From Marsupella aquatica (Eukaryota; Plantae; Marchantiophyta), in the NCBI GenBank assembly GCA_973895155.1, contig OZ316896.1, forward strand, positions 7,573,278-7,637,277: a DNA stretch of 64,000 bases, in the 5' to 3' direction. The position numbers and the translations under genes were made by a program. Position 1 is the stretch's first letter. Every line of letters starts with the position of its first letter. Below the pieces are notes generated by a model, which did not search any database, had not been told where the DNA came from, and saw only the letters and a list, made by a program, of their open reading frames with translations. This document shows, piece by piece, positions 1 to 11,399 of the stretch.

Positions 1-1848
1 TAAGCTACTAACCTTGCCCACACTTTATCATCACAACTGGCTGGTGGAGGCATATCTGGCTTCTCCCCACCTTCCTTCCAAGCCTTATGCATTCTCCACC
101 TCTCTTGCTTGATAATTTTACCTGCTGTACTCTCTAGGCAACCTATGTCCACGCCATCATCACTGCCCACATAATTCCATTTGGCAGCAACATTTTCACA
201 TACAGTCTTCCAATCTTTTGGATGTTGTTTTTTAAAATTAATAACACTCACATCTAACCAACGCAATACTTCAGCTTTCAAATCAGCATGCCATCGGTTC
301 TTGCGAGGACACTCCACCCATTGTCTCTCATTCAACTTTACGTTCCCTTTCTTTGTCACCTCCCCTCGTGCACTGCTCTCGGTAGTACTGGGCGTTGTAT
401 TGGCCACCCCTTCATTCACCCTACCTGGGGTTCTGAAGCCACCTGGGAAAATACAATGCCATTCATGCTTGAGAACTACATATAGCAGAATGGATGACGG
501 CAACATTCAATGCTTCACTTCAAGAAAAATTCTTCAAACATACATACCTGTAGCTCTGCCTGTAGATGCCTGTGCAGGGACTGCACTCTGAAATTGTTGC
601 GACCCTGGACCACCTGTCCAGCCTAGTATAGGGGCCGGATGATGTCACTTTCTAGGTATGTGTGTGCAAACATATGTACTGAAAACTAAGTACAAACTGT
701 AGGAAAACAACTGAACATTCACCGACATACCTGTCCCCCTTCCGTGCTGCATCTGCATAGGGGCATTAGTGAATACTTGAGTCGATGGTTCGACTGTCCA
801 ACCTGCACACATACATTTTCTATCATTATACATGTGCAGAGTCCCCCCCACGTGAATGGACTCCACATATAATGAGTTCTTCCATTGCTGACAAGATCAG
901 ACATTACCTGCTCCTCTTCCAGCGTTTGTAGGTACTGAATTTTTATATCCCTGCCAATTACCTTCACCACCTTCCCAACCTTGTTCATTCCACGACCCAC
1001 CACCATCCTCCCAACCTGGTTCAACCCATGTCTGTCCTTGTGGACATTGGAACTGATCATTACTAGCATTTGCCCAATCAGGTTGGGCAGAATCTGCATG
1101 CAATGGCAGGTGGACAGAATTTCATGTTGTCTGAATCCAATACATCCCAAACAATGTCAAAAATTGATATGCAGTCTGAAATTCAGGAGTGCCATGCCTT
1201 CACAAAGAACTGGCATATAGATATATACTCACATCCCCATGGTTGAGGTGGACGTCCATACCCACGAGATTGTGGGTTTGGACCTGCTCTGCCTCTACCA
1301 CGGGCATAACCTAGAGCTTGCCCCCTGCCATAGTATTGGGCACCAGCCTGGGATCTACCACTACTACCACCTCGCCAACCTTGATCAGAGGTCAGCCCCC
1401 CTGCTGGTATGGTGCATGCACAGGCTTCGAAGGCAAAACAGAACTGGCAGGACGCTGCATCACATCACCAACTACAATGTCAGGAACTAAGCAAGGTACA
1501 TATGTGTAGTACTGAACATATGAAACCTCTAAACAAGAGTTTTTAACTCAAAACCTTGTTGGGAAAACTACTTACATGTTTCTTTTGGGGCTGCTCTGCA
1601 ATGTATTCATCTTCATAACCCCCATCCTCATCCATTTCCTCTGGAAAATACTCATCATCTACATCTTCTTGTCTAGTGTCTGCACCCACCTGTGCAGCAT
1701 CAATGTCATCTCCACATTCTGCCATTGTAGGTACGACCTTCTTGCTCAACCTGTCACTCCGACGCACAGGCCCAGAGATAGTGCTGGTCACCCTTCTTGC
1801 GTACTCCTTTTGTTTCTTTGAAAATGCTGTGGCTCTGCGACATTCCAA
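1..1848 (-). CDS. CACTA TnpA/Ptta-like (Transposase_24-type) protein, multi-exon, truncated by window edge
   Basis: Exon 475->1 (after acceptor ATGTAG) reads ...RWHADLKAEVLRWLDVSVINFKKQHPKDWKTVCENVAAKWNYVG...IIKQERWRMHKAWKEG...DDKVWARLVA. This aligns with the TnpA exon at 22950-23537 (WRNFMAIDVLRIFDVSK...AAEWKYVG...ILKRERHKMH...KKWAALV). Upstream acidic and Gly/Trp-rich exons (897-1848) are less certain. Confidence 0.7.
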
Positions 1849-2209
1849 TATGAGAATACAATCACAATTTCAGTGCCACATTGAACTATTCATGTCACAC
1901 AAACTCAGCGGAGGGGTGTAGTTGAGAATCGTTCCCTTACAATTCAGCCACATCCTTTTCCAGATCCAGTTCTGCGATTTTGGCTTTCACGTATGCTCGT
2001 TGTTCCATAGCTTTCCTTTCATACTCACACATCTCTGTGTCACTCTGTTCCATCCTACTGGACCACAAAAACATGTCATCTATGGTCACCCCGTATAACA
2101 CAATGCAACCACAATCACCAGGCATCCATCCATACATCTGTGTTGCTTCAGAATTACTTTATTACACATCCTTCCCCTCACTAATGTCCATGCAAACAAT
2201 TCACATTAC

Positions 2210-5200
2210 TCATGGCACAGGCACACTGTTGGCATCTGCATCTCTAAATTCGCCTCCTTCAGCAAATGCATCTACCCTTGTCACAGGAATGAAGTCCCCG
2301 CTATCATGAACTACAGGCACTTGGTCTGAACGCCGACGATCAAAGGCACTATGAGAGTGTAAATGAAACTCAAGGTTTGATCCTTCCATCCGACGTTGCC
2401 TGGCCTGTTTATGACACACTACACGCCAACCTGGGGAGTCTTCCACATCCAGGAAGAAAGCTTGCTCCACCTGACTAGGAAACACAAATGGCTCAGACCA
2501 TTCGGGCAATTTCCCTCTGAAATTGGCCAGCAAGAAACCGTCGTTGTCTCTCTTCATGGTAGCCCTGTTACCAAGCCAATCCTGCCGCACCCATGAACCT
2601 TTCATAAGAATCACAGGACTGGACACCGCCCCATAGTCCAGAGCCCATATGTCAACTAATTCTCCCACATATCCCATCTCCATCCAGGCCCTGTCGTGAT
2701 TGTGGCTCTGTTGCTCAAATACAGTGATGAGCCCGCAGTCATTCGTCACCCTGTAGGCACTGTCACCATCCTTCACTCGGAAGTGATTCCCATATGCTCT
2801 CATCCGTTTGTAAGTCTTCACTTTCAGGCTAGGGGCATTAGACAGTAGGTAAACATCTGCATCCATGTCTGGGTGGGTCTCATGATGCTCTCTAATTGCC
2901 ACTCTGATCCACTCCATGAAACCTGGAAAAGTTGTTCCTGCAGTGGGATGGGCCGCCTTCAATGACTCATACTCCCTGAACGAACAACCACACAGCATTA
3001 GCTTGGGTAAACATGAACAGGCTGAAGGAGAAAACCACACGAACACAATATTTAAGCTCATGAACTGGATTATAGCACATGTATGCACTCACTGTATCCA
3101 GGGTTCCATCACCACAGTGTTGTGCAATACAAAGTCATGTGCCAAGTCTCTCATAGATATGGTCAGGTTCTTTGTGGTTGCAGCCCCTTCCAGTACTTCA
3201 CCTATCACCCCTTCCTCCTCATCAGAATTCCACACCCTGGTCTTCACATGCTCATATTGTGCTATGTATTCGGTCAGAAATCCCAGAGTCTCATCCTTGA
3301 TGTAACTTTTAGCCATGCTTGCTTCAGGTTTGTAATATGTTCTCACGTGACCTTTGAGTAGCTTCATGTACCGTTCCAAAGGGTACAACCAACGAGCACT
3401 CACAGGCCCAAATTGGTGTAGCTCTTCCACAACATGGACAAGTAGGTGGGTCATGACATCAAAAAATGCGGGAGGAAAATAAATCTCCAGGTCACACAGC
3501 ACCTGAGCGACATCTTCTGTCAATTGTGGGAAGTGTGTTTCATCCCAAACCTTCACACAAATACGACGAAACACATCACTGAGTCGCATGATCACAGTAC
3601 GAACAGGCTTCTGCAACAGGCCCCTCAGGCATAAAGGCAACACCTGTTGCATCAACATATGGTAGTCATGGCTTTTCATACTACCAAGCTTTCTAGTCAT
3701 GATATGCTTCTTGAAAGCACTGCCATAGTTTGAAGGAACCTTCAAAGAACTCAACCTCTGCACAAATAGTTCCCACTCTGTGTCTGTCAGAACATAGGGC
3801 GCTTGGTACTTCAAGAGCACATCAGCTCTGTGGGCATGTGGCCTCAACCAAAGATGGGGTTTCATTCCCCTCTGTTCAAGATCCAATCTCACTGAACCAG
3901 TGTCTTTCTCTCCACACAAGAATCTGAGTAGACTCTCACAAATATTCTTTTCAATGTGCATAACATCAATGTTATGTTTGCTTGGCTCAAACCCCTGCAT
4001 CGTTGCAATGCAAAAGCGTCAGGAAATGCCTCAAGTTTAGTCTCTCTCTTCGAAATGAATGCACATGCTCTGAACCAAAACATGTATCCCAATTAGCATC
4101 AACTCCAAGAGGCTTACCCTCCAGTACTTGAGCTCCAAGTCCAATATGCTCAGTCTTTTTACACCATATCGCTTTATTGGATCACTCACTCCATCTTCCC
4201 TGCCCCCTCGTTTGATATAGTCATCCCTCAGTGCTCCCCACTGCCTGATCTCCTCTTTGGTCACTCGTGCCGGGGGTCCACGTTGCTCAATCTCATTGCC
4301 AAAGTGTGCAATCAGTGCCTATCTTTCTCTATAAGGGTGATCTGCCTTCAGAAAATGACGATGGCCCATGTATATCACTTTCTGCAGGGCTCTGGAGTAC
4401 TCACTGGTGACATTGCGCCCACAGATAGTACAAGCACAATATCCTTTTGTTGTTTGGCCTGATATCATCCCATGGGCTGGGTAGTCAGCTATAGTCAGAA
4501 TGACAATGGCTCTAAGGATGAATGGGTTTAACCTCCCAAGCCTCTGTAGGACATCATATGTGAGAACTCCTTCCTCCCAAAGCTTTCTCAATTCCTCCAC
4601 TAGGGGAGCCAGAAACACATCTATGTTGGCAGATACAGCACTGTCTGGCCCTGGTATCAGTAGGACCATCAGAACAAAAAATCGCTTTGTAGTCATCCAA
4701 GGAGGAAGGTTATAATTCAAAATAGTTACAGGCCAGCACGAAAATTTGTTGTTCTTGTCTCCAAATGGGTTTACCCCATCCAATGACAGCCCAAGTCTGA
4801 CATTCCTCGGCTCAGCAGCAAATTCGGGATACATCTCATCTATGAGTTTCCATTGCCTTGAATCTGCAGCATGTCGTTGTAGCCCATCATCACTTTTCTT
4901 GTCAGTTGCCCAAGTCATCATCTCCGAGATGGCACGGCTTCTGAACATCTGCTGAAGTCTAGGAATGAGTGGAAAATGACGAAGTACCTTGGCGGGAACC
5001 ATAGACTTTCCTGAGTTCCGATACCTGTGCTTCCCACACTTAGGGCATGTCAACGATTCTTTATACTCCTTTCTGAAAAGAACATGCCCATCAGGATAGG
5101 CATGGATCGAATCATAGTTCAATCCAAGATTAGATATGCATCTTTTTGCCTCGTACATGTTCTTGGGCAAAATATTACCATCTGGTAGCACAGTTGTTCG

Positions 5201-5941
5201 CAAGAATGCCAACAACTCAGAAACCAAAATGTTGGGGACATTGTGGTTGCCGCAAATGTTCAGGAACATGATGACAAATCCCAGTTTAGAACATTTGCTA
5301 CCGGGGTACAAAGACTTCCTGCCTTCCTGTATTTGCAGGGGAGAGCCAAACATCCCATCATGCCCAGGGGTTTCCTGCCCTATCTCAAACTCATCAAGAG
5401 GCTCTTCGACAGGGGGCACACTTGCATCTGCAGCCGTATCCTCTTCATTGTCCAGCCCATCATGAAATGCATCCAAGTCTTGGAAGATGTCTCTCACCAT
5501 CTCTTCCACATGAATTCCTTCGTCACGTGGTGCTGCCTGAGCACCATCCCGTTGGAGAGCTGACAACCCACAGAGACCAGCTACAACATTTTCAAATGCA
5601 CCAGGCAGAACCTCACTTGCCCGTCTTGCAGCATTGGCAGCATCAAATTCTAACCTCCACTCCTCGTCGGAAGAATCTTCCTCTGCAGGATCATTCCAAA
5701 CTCGATGTCGTGGATCTCTTCCATGAACCGCGATATGCCGCCAAACCTCATTCAGACCCCTGGTACGGGATCCTTGGCAGATTGCACAAGGACATCTCAT
5801 CCTACTGGCTCCTGAAAGTCTGGTTCGTAACCTTTCACGCTGCCAAAGCTTATTATCATGGCGTGATATCCTTGTGGGATGATGCAAAGGCAGTGCCTGT
5901 GCCCTGGGCTGGGTCTGGGGAGGGTGGTGACCAGGGTGCAT
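2210..5941 (-). pseudogene. CACTA TnpD/Tnp2 transposase (Transpos_assoc, Transposase_21, DUF4218, DUF4216-type regions), with a premature stop
   Basis: Motifs RCPCAIC...HIAVHG, LRHFPLIPRLQ, HAADSRQW, EPRNVRLGLSLDGVNPF, YNLPPW, DYPAHG, DVMHIEKN, MKSHDYH, FPPAFFDVMTHLLVH, WLYPLERY, EPFVFPSQVEQAFF. GT-AG introns near 4117-4000 and 3092-2977. In-frame TAG at 4319-4321. Confidence 0.93.
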
Positions 5942-6374
5942 TGTAACAGGCTGGGAGCTCTGCAGTCATGGACAGCAGTGAACAAGGATGCCTAATGGTG
6001 GTATTTGTGTTCCATATATCCCTGACTGTATCTGCCAAAAGAGTTAACATAACGTGTACTAAATTCTCACAAACCCTAAACCACGCCAAAAGAAAAAAAC
6101 AGGTTCGCAAGTAGTGTACCTATTGTCAAGTGAATGACACAAAATTCCTAAATGTTGGAGGGTGTCACCACCTCCTCCGCTGTCCTCAAATGTACCGCCT
6201 CTGCATGTACGTTTATAGTGACACCCCCAGGCAGCAGGAAACAACAATCCGCCAACAGTAAAATAAGCCCAACTGCCACCAACCATAACAAGGTACATTA
6301 GTTCAAAGATCACATTTATTTCAATGATCTGATTTATACAAAAAAACTTGTGTCCAAACTGATGCTACTACTCC

Positions 6375-7253
6375 TCACTCTGATTCAGAATCGCTAATGA
6401 CCCATTCCTCACTTGTTGTCTCATAGTCCTCTCTGTAAGGATCCTGACCCTTCCGTGGCCAGGCCTCAAAAAGATCATAGTCCATTGGGTTTTGACGCTT
6501 CCCAGCTGCTACTGATTCCACAAGCCAAGCATATGAAACCACAAACACATTATGGGACATGACATAAAAGCGAATGTCTCCCTTCCCAAACTTGCGGCAG
6601 GCTTTGGGATATGACTTAGTAATGACATGAGTGGTGTCCTCTGTTATATTCTCCTCCACTGTCCCACCTAGGTCAAGCACTGTGGACTTGTACACTTTGC
6701 ACTTAACCTCTCCAATTCCCGCCTCCACAAATACCATGCTCAGCCCTTTCAGAATGGGGGTTGGTTGCTTCGTCTCCTCAGCCAACATACTCTTCAGCCT
6801 TGTAGAGCTCTGTCCTTTGTTGAGTACAGGTCCATATTGGAGATCAGCAAGCCGTGCCTTTGCTTCCCAGACTTCTTGTTCAGCCCAAGCTGATGCAGTA
6901 GCTTCTTCATCCTCCCACAACTCATATTGCTCAGTATCCTGTACAATCTTATGTGCTATGGAATCTGTGATCCAAGAGGCCTCAACTACTTTTAGGCCTT
7001 GCTTAGTAATTGCAGAATTCATGTAGGACCATGACCACTTCTTTATCACTGATAGCCATGTCCCTGCAACAACATGTGTAGTCTCTGGAGTGATGTCCTG
7101 AACTACAGTGCCATGGAGCTCAGAGAATCGTTTCTGTACAGTTGGCCAATGCACTTTGGTCAACCCATGCTGGCCATGGACCAAAATCGCTCTGACCCCT
7201 GTAAACACTGCTGGGTGGTCACACTTTCTATGTTTACCAGGCTCCATGTACAC
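6375..7253 (-). CDS. Tandem BRCT-domain protein (DNA polymerase lambda-like BRCT)
   Basis: Two BRCT repeats: VFTGVRAILV..HGTVVQDITPETTHVV..VVEASWITDSI..EQYEL and ILKGLSMVFVEAG..LGGTVEENITEDTTHVI..VVSYAWLVESVAAGKRQNPMDYDL. Open 292-aa frame. Confidence 0.85.
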   Translation of the reverse strand: MYMEPGKHRKCDHPAVFTGVRAILVHGQHGLTKVHWPTVQKRFSELHGTVVQDITPETTHVVAGTWLSVIKKWSWSYMNSAITKQGLKVVEASWITDSIAHKIVQDTEQYELWEDEEATASAWAEQEVWEAKARLADLQYGPVLNKGQSSTRLKSMLAEETKQPTPILKGLSMVFVEAGIGEVKCKVYKSTVLDLGGTVEENITEDTTHVITKSYPKACRKFGKGDIRFYVMSHNVFVVSYAWLVESVAAGKRQNPMDYDLFEAWPRKGQDPYREDYETTSEEWVISDSESE

Positions 7254-7839
7254 ACACTCTACGTGATGACAGTGAATTTTGGAAGAATGGGTTCACCTGA
7301 CAATACAAGGACAACAAAATTCCTGCTTTTTGAGTTGATCTGGCCCACTGGTGCTCAGGTCCGATTTTGATAGGTACAAGGGATATGTGAACAATACGTA
7401 CTAGGCACCTGCACGGATGTAGGACATTGTTTGAATATATACTACAAAATCCATATCCGTGGTGAAATGAAGTGCAACCAACTTGTCATGGCACATACAT
7501 ATTTTGTTGTAAAGGAGGATACATTCAATGACAAACTTATAGGGCAATTTGATTAATTGCATGCCTGATAATTTATACGCTTACAACTTAGAAGTCCTGT
7601 TTTAATTTAGCAGTCTGATGAAAGTGTTTATGAAAATGACCACTCAGCCTAAATACTTCCAAGAAGGCTTGTAAGGATAAGTTTGTATAGGCATGTACCC
7701 AGCCACTGACGCCAGAGCACAAGATAAGTGCTGCCTATATAAACTCGCCTACCCAACTCCTTTTCAAAATTGGAATCTCTGCAATCTCAAAAAATAGTAC
7801 ATCCACATCAGGTGCACTGTGCATGTACAATGTTCAGCT

Positions 7840-8520
7840 TCACAACCAAGATATGTGATCTCTCACAGGAGTGCGCGAGGTAGGATCAATGGCATGGCGA
7901 TGACAATAAAATATCCATCGATCAACACCATGTGCAGAGTGATCATAGATTTCTCTGTCACAAGCATAACCCTCTGCTTGATGATCTTTCAGGCAATGAT
8001 AGTGCCACATAGTGGGACACCTAGCACAGTGGACTATGTCAGTCCAGTAGTCATCATCATGCTCACCACATGCCTTGCACCTATGAAGTGGGCAAGCTGT
8101 GGCATGAGCAGGCAAACACTCAAAACAGAAAAATCTCACACAAAAACGGTCTGGACATTTCCTAACATTTGCTGCAGCATCAACAGAGCCCTCATAGGAC
8201 CCCAACTTCCCACACTGTGCACACTTAGCCTGCTTCTCCAAACAATCAGTGCACATCCAGTCTCCCTGGTGTGTTGACGGGAGGCCCACCCCTGGACAGT
8301 TGTTTTTTGCAGCAAGGTCAGACTCCGGGTTGAGGTGGAAATGCCTCATGCAAGGGCCCTCACAAATGACCAGGCCCCCACCATCGTCACAAATGGCACA
8401 ACAATGAGCTGCCTTCTGGAAAATCTGACTTGCAGAGAAGTTAGTAGCATCTGCCCCAAGTACACCTGTGTTTCTCACCTCTGTCACACGCTTTTTGGCT
8501 TGAATTTTAGGCTGTGCCAT
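7840..8520 (-). CDS. EDM2-like multi-PHD finger protein (PHD region only)
   Basis: CAICDDGG.LVICEGPCMRHFH, CTDC..KQAKCAQCGKLGS, CPLHRCKAC, CARCPTMWHYHCL and IFYCHRHAID...TPVRDHI match the recalled layout of the plant EDM2 PHD region, including its TPVRDH ending. Confidence 0.85.
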   Translation of the reverse strand: MAQPKIQAKKRVTEVRNTGVLGADATNFSASQIFQKAAHCCAICDDGGGLVICEGPCMRHFHLNPESDLAAKNNCPGVGLPSTHQGDWMCTDCLEKQAKCAQCGKLGSYEGSVDAAANVRKCPDRFCVRFFCFECLPAHATACPLHRCKACGEHDDDYWTDIVHCARCPTMWHYHCLKDHQAEGYACDREIYDHSAHGVDRWIFYCHRHAIDPTSRTPVRDHISWL

Positions 8521-8531
8521 GCCTGCGCATG

Positions 8532-8675
8532 AGATAGACTCTACAATTTAGCAGACTGCACAGAAAGTAAAATATATTTAGCATTTAAGGTACAAATGCA
8601 TTTAGATAGACTCTACAATTTAGCAGACTGCACAGAAAGTAAAATATATTTAGCATTTAAGGTACAAAGGCATTT
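8532..8675. repeat. 72-bp tandem duplication (2 copies)
   Basis: AGATAGACTCTACAATTTAGCAGACTGCACAGAAAGTAAAATATATTTAGCATTTAAGGTACAAA starts at both 8532 and 8604. Confidence 0.95.
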
Positions 8676-9290
8676 GCTACTGCAATGAATTGGAATGGCC
8701 ACACAAGGATGCAGAGCACACATACTTTTGGTATGTTGAGCCCACACACAAAACTGATCCCCTAATACAATTTCTCCACCAACACCTCAATTTTAATTGT
8801 GGCTATGATTCACCAAAGGAGATCTGCAACAACATTTCATGCATTTGAATCACATACAATAGTCGTGACATGTAAAACAGGCATTCTTCGAAGAGGATTG
8901 GTATGAAGCAGTGTCATAAGGGTTGAAATTTATACATCCTAAATAGGTTATGATAGTGGCTGAGACATATAAGTGAGGCATAAATCATTTTGCATATTAT
9001 CACATGGCCCATTAATTCATTCAACGTTGCAATGTTCACCAGGTTAAAGCAGTCATGAAAGCAGTCTTTCAATAGAGACTTTTATGCGAGTTTGCTAGCC
9101 TCTTAAATTAGGATATTTTGCTTAGTGCAGGCATAATAGGATATAAGTTATGTACTGTTGACCCTAAACCCTGGACCCAAAATTGCTCATACATCAAAAT
9201 TTTAAGTAAATATCCTCTGTGTTGAAGTCAGAGTGTTAAGCTATAGGTCAATGGTATCTGGTCTGTGCATGCGGTGTGACAAGTGGTCCT

Positions 9291-9740
9291 CTAGAGCATG
9301 TGATCCAAACATGTGTAGACACCAAAGTCACCGGTGGTGGGGTCTGGGAGGGCAGGACAAGTGACATCACCAGGCACACTGTAGGATGGCGAGTGGTTCC
9401 AGATGATACATTGTGCTCTGTGCAAAAATCGGCATCCAAGAGAACGGTCATCCAATTCTGGGCCAAAAGCCCTACAGGCAGGACAGTCATATTGGCAACT
9501 GTGTACACACCCTTGGCACCTAATTTGTGGCGGGTCATGTACAAGAGACACAAATACCAAGGATGTCGGGAAGGGTACTGAAGCAGGTAGAGGCCGGCTG
9601 TAGTTGTTCCTGGAAACAACAGGGTACTCAAAGTACCATGCAGACTGGGCTGGAAGGATCCCAAGTCTGACATACTCAAGGCGCAACATCTCTGCCTTGT
9701 GTGCAAGTCGCACATGTTCAGCGTTGCGGGTCCTCACCAT
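9291..9740 (-). CDS. Small Cys/His-rich hypothetical protein (possible degenerate zinc finger)
   Basis: 149-aa ATG-initiated ORF with CxxC, CxxC, CxxxHxxxC and CxDH spacing, on the same strand as the PHD and BRCT ORFs. Confidence 0.4.
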   Translation of the reverse strand: MVRTRNAEHVRLAHKAEMLRLEYVRLGILPAQSAWYFEYPVVSRNNYSRPLPASVPFPTSLVFVSLVHDPPQIRCQGCVHSCQYDCPACRAFGPELDDRSLGCRFLHRAQCIIWNHSPSYSVPGDVTCPALPDPTTGDFGVYTCLDHML

Positions 9741-10748
9741 AAGTGTTGCTTTCGTTGTGATGTCCTCTGTTCACGTCCTTTGATGAGCAAGGTGAGCAGG
9801 AGGTCGACTTGCCTCGCCAACAGCAACCACCTAAACTAATCAGTTCCCACTCATTGTCTTGGTTCCAACTACAGGTCATAGTATACACATAGCATGAAAC
9901 GTGCATAGTACATATTTGATTCTGAGTTTATGAGTTTCCTAAGACAAAGAGCTTGGTGATAAACCCATATTCTCGACGGACATGTATATCAATCATATTA
10001 AACTCCTGTTTTTTCATCCAGAAAGACCGAAAGTCTCACCTTGCAGGTTGCAGCAGAGAGAAAATTCACTGGTTGTCGTGTTGTGCAAGTGAACCTCCAC
10101 TGATGCCCCGGTGTAGCCCCTCAGATGCAGGTGACACTTACCAACTCCCAAGTTGCCTGGTCTAACAGAAAATGCTTATATCTTCAGAACTTTATAGAGC
10201 AAGTACATGATCACATACTTCTGGATCTATTCATATTTGGAACTCTTGCCAACTACAACTCCCATTATGCACAAGCTCACATCAACAGAGAAAGATACAG
10301 AATGCATACTTACTATGGCTCTAAGCACCTTCACTACCTTGTTGAACCCAGTCCTGAAGTCTTTTCAGCGTGTTTGTTGTGCTGTCTCCTTTGGCACCCA
10401 ACACCTTAGTCCTTGATGTAACAAAATGCGATTTTACAAGTTAGATGCTTTGGAACCTTCTATGGTCTTAGCTGAATTGATGTCATCGTAAGTGGTGAAA
10501 GACAAGGAAGACGAAAGCTGGTTGAAGAGCTGTGGACAACACACTAGCATGAAGTGCTTCAACCAATCCACTGCCAAACGGAACTCTTACACAGTCACAT
10601 TCTTTTAGTAAACAAAAACTCAGTCAAACTTCAGAATCAAAGTACAGACTCTGAAGGACCAAAGGAGGATGTTGTGAGTTTCTCTGTTGTTTAATGTGTT
10701 ACCCTTCTAGTTTCGAAGTTAGCAAATGCTGAATAATGTGTCTACCAG

Positions 10749-11091
10749 ATCTTCGAAAAGAAGCCCACCACAATTAAGAACTTCGGTATCTGGGTCCACG
10801 TATCAGAGTCGTACAGGTTATCACAACATGTACAAGGAATATTGTGATACCACAAGAAACGGAGCTGCAGAGCAGATGTATGATGAGATGGCTTCTTGTC
10901 ATAGAGTTCGGTTCCCTTGCATCCAGATCATGAAGACTACGACAGTCCCTGTCTCTCTGTGCAAGCGAGAAAGTACCAAGCAGTTCCATGATTCAAAGAT
11001 CAAGTTCCCCTTGACGTACTGCAAGATTCAACCTCCATTGCGAAAGCTAAAGAAGACTTACAAGGCCACCAAGCCCAACACAATTGTTTGA
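10749..11091 (+). pseudogene. RPL18A: 60S ribosomal protein L18a (eL20) last-exon remnant
   Basis: After acceptor CTACCAG: [15 protein letters not shown], a frameshift at about 10795, then [39 protein letters not shown]...[17 protein letters not shown]...[13 protein letters not shown]. Several R->C substitutions. Confidence 0.92.
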
Positions 11092-11399
11092 GTAGTGCGG
11101 GTGCAGGTTCCCAATTTTGAGACAATTTGGCTCATTTTATGTCCCGAGGGAATCCTGGAGTTTATGTATTGAGTTTCTAGGTGAAGATGCTTAATATAAG
11201 GAAATTCAATTATCACTTCGTTCCCAACTTCTATTAATTGAAAATACACAAGCTGGAAGCAAGAAGACAAGCCACAATCTAGCATCTTAGCCAAACACAA
11301 TCGTCCCGACAAAGCAAAACTCAGCTGGACAGAAGTCACTCGGATCCACAAAAAATTGAAGATTCACCTCCAAGCCGGAGGCTGATCACTTCAGTACAG

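Larger units (their letters stand above)
1..9900 (-). mobile_element. CACTA/EnSpm element 1 (partial; termini not found, runs off left edge)
   Basis: Minus-strand TnpD (2210-5941) followed by TnpA-like exons (to position 1). Same-strand BRCT, PHD and Cys-rich ORFs lie upstream. No CACTA TIR found, so the right boundary and the inclusion of the cargo ORFs are inferred. Confidence 0.75.

Noticed and set aside
9160-9175. ACCCTAAACCC as telomere or interstitial telomeric array
   Set aside because: Only isolated one- or two-unit telo-box-like motifs, scattered through the window.
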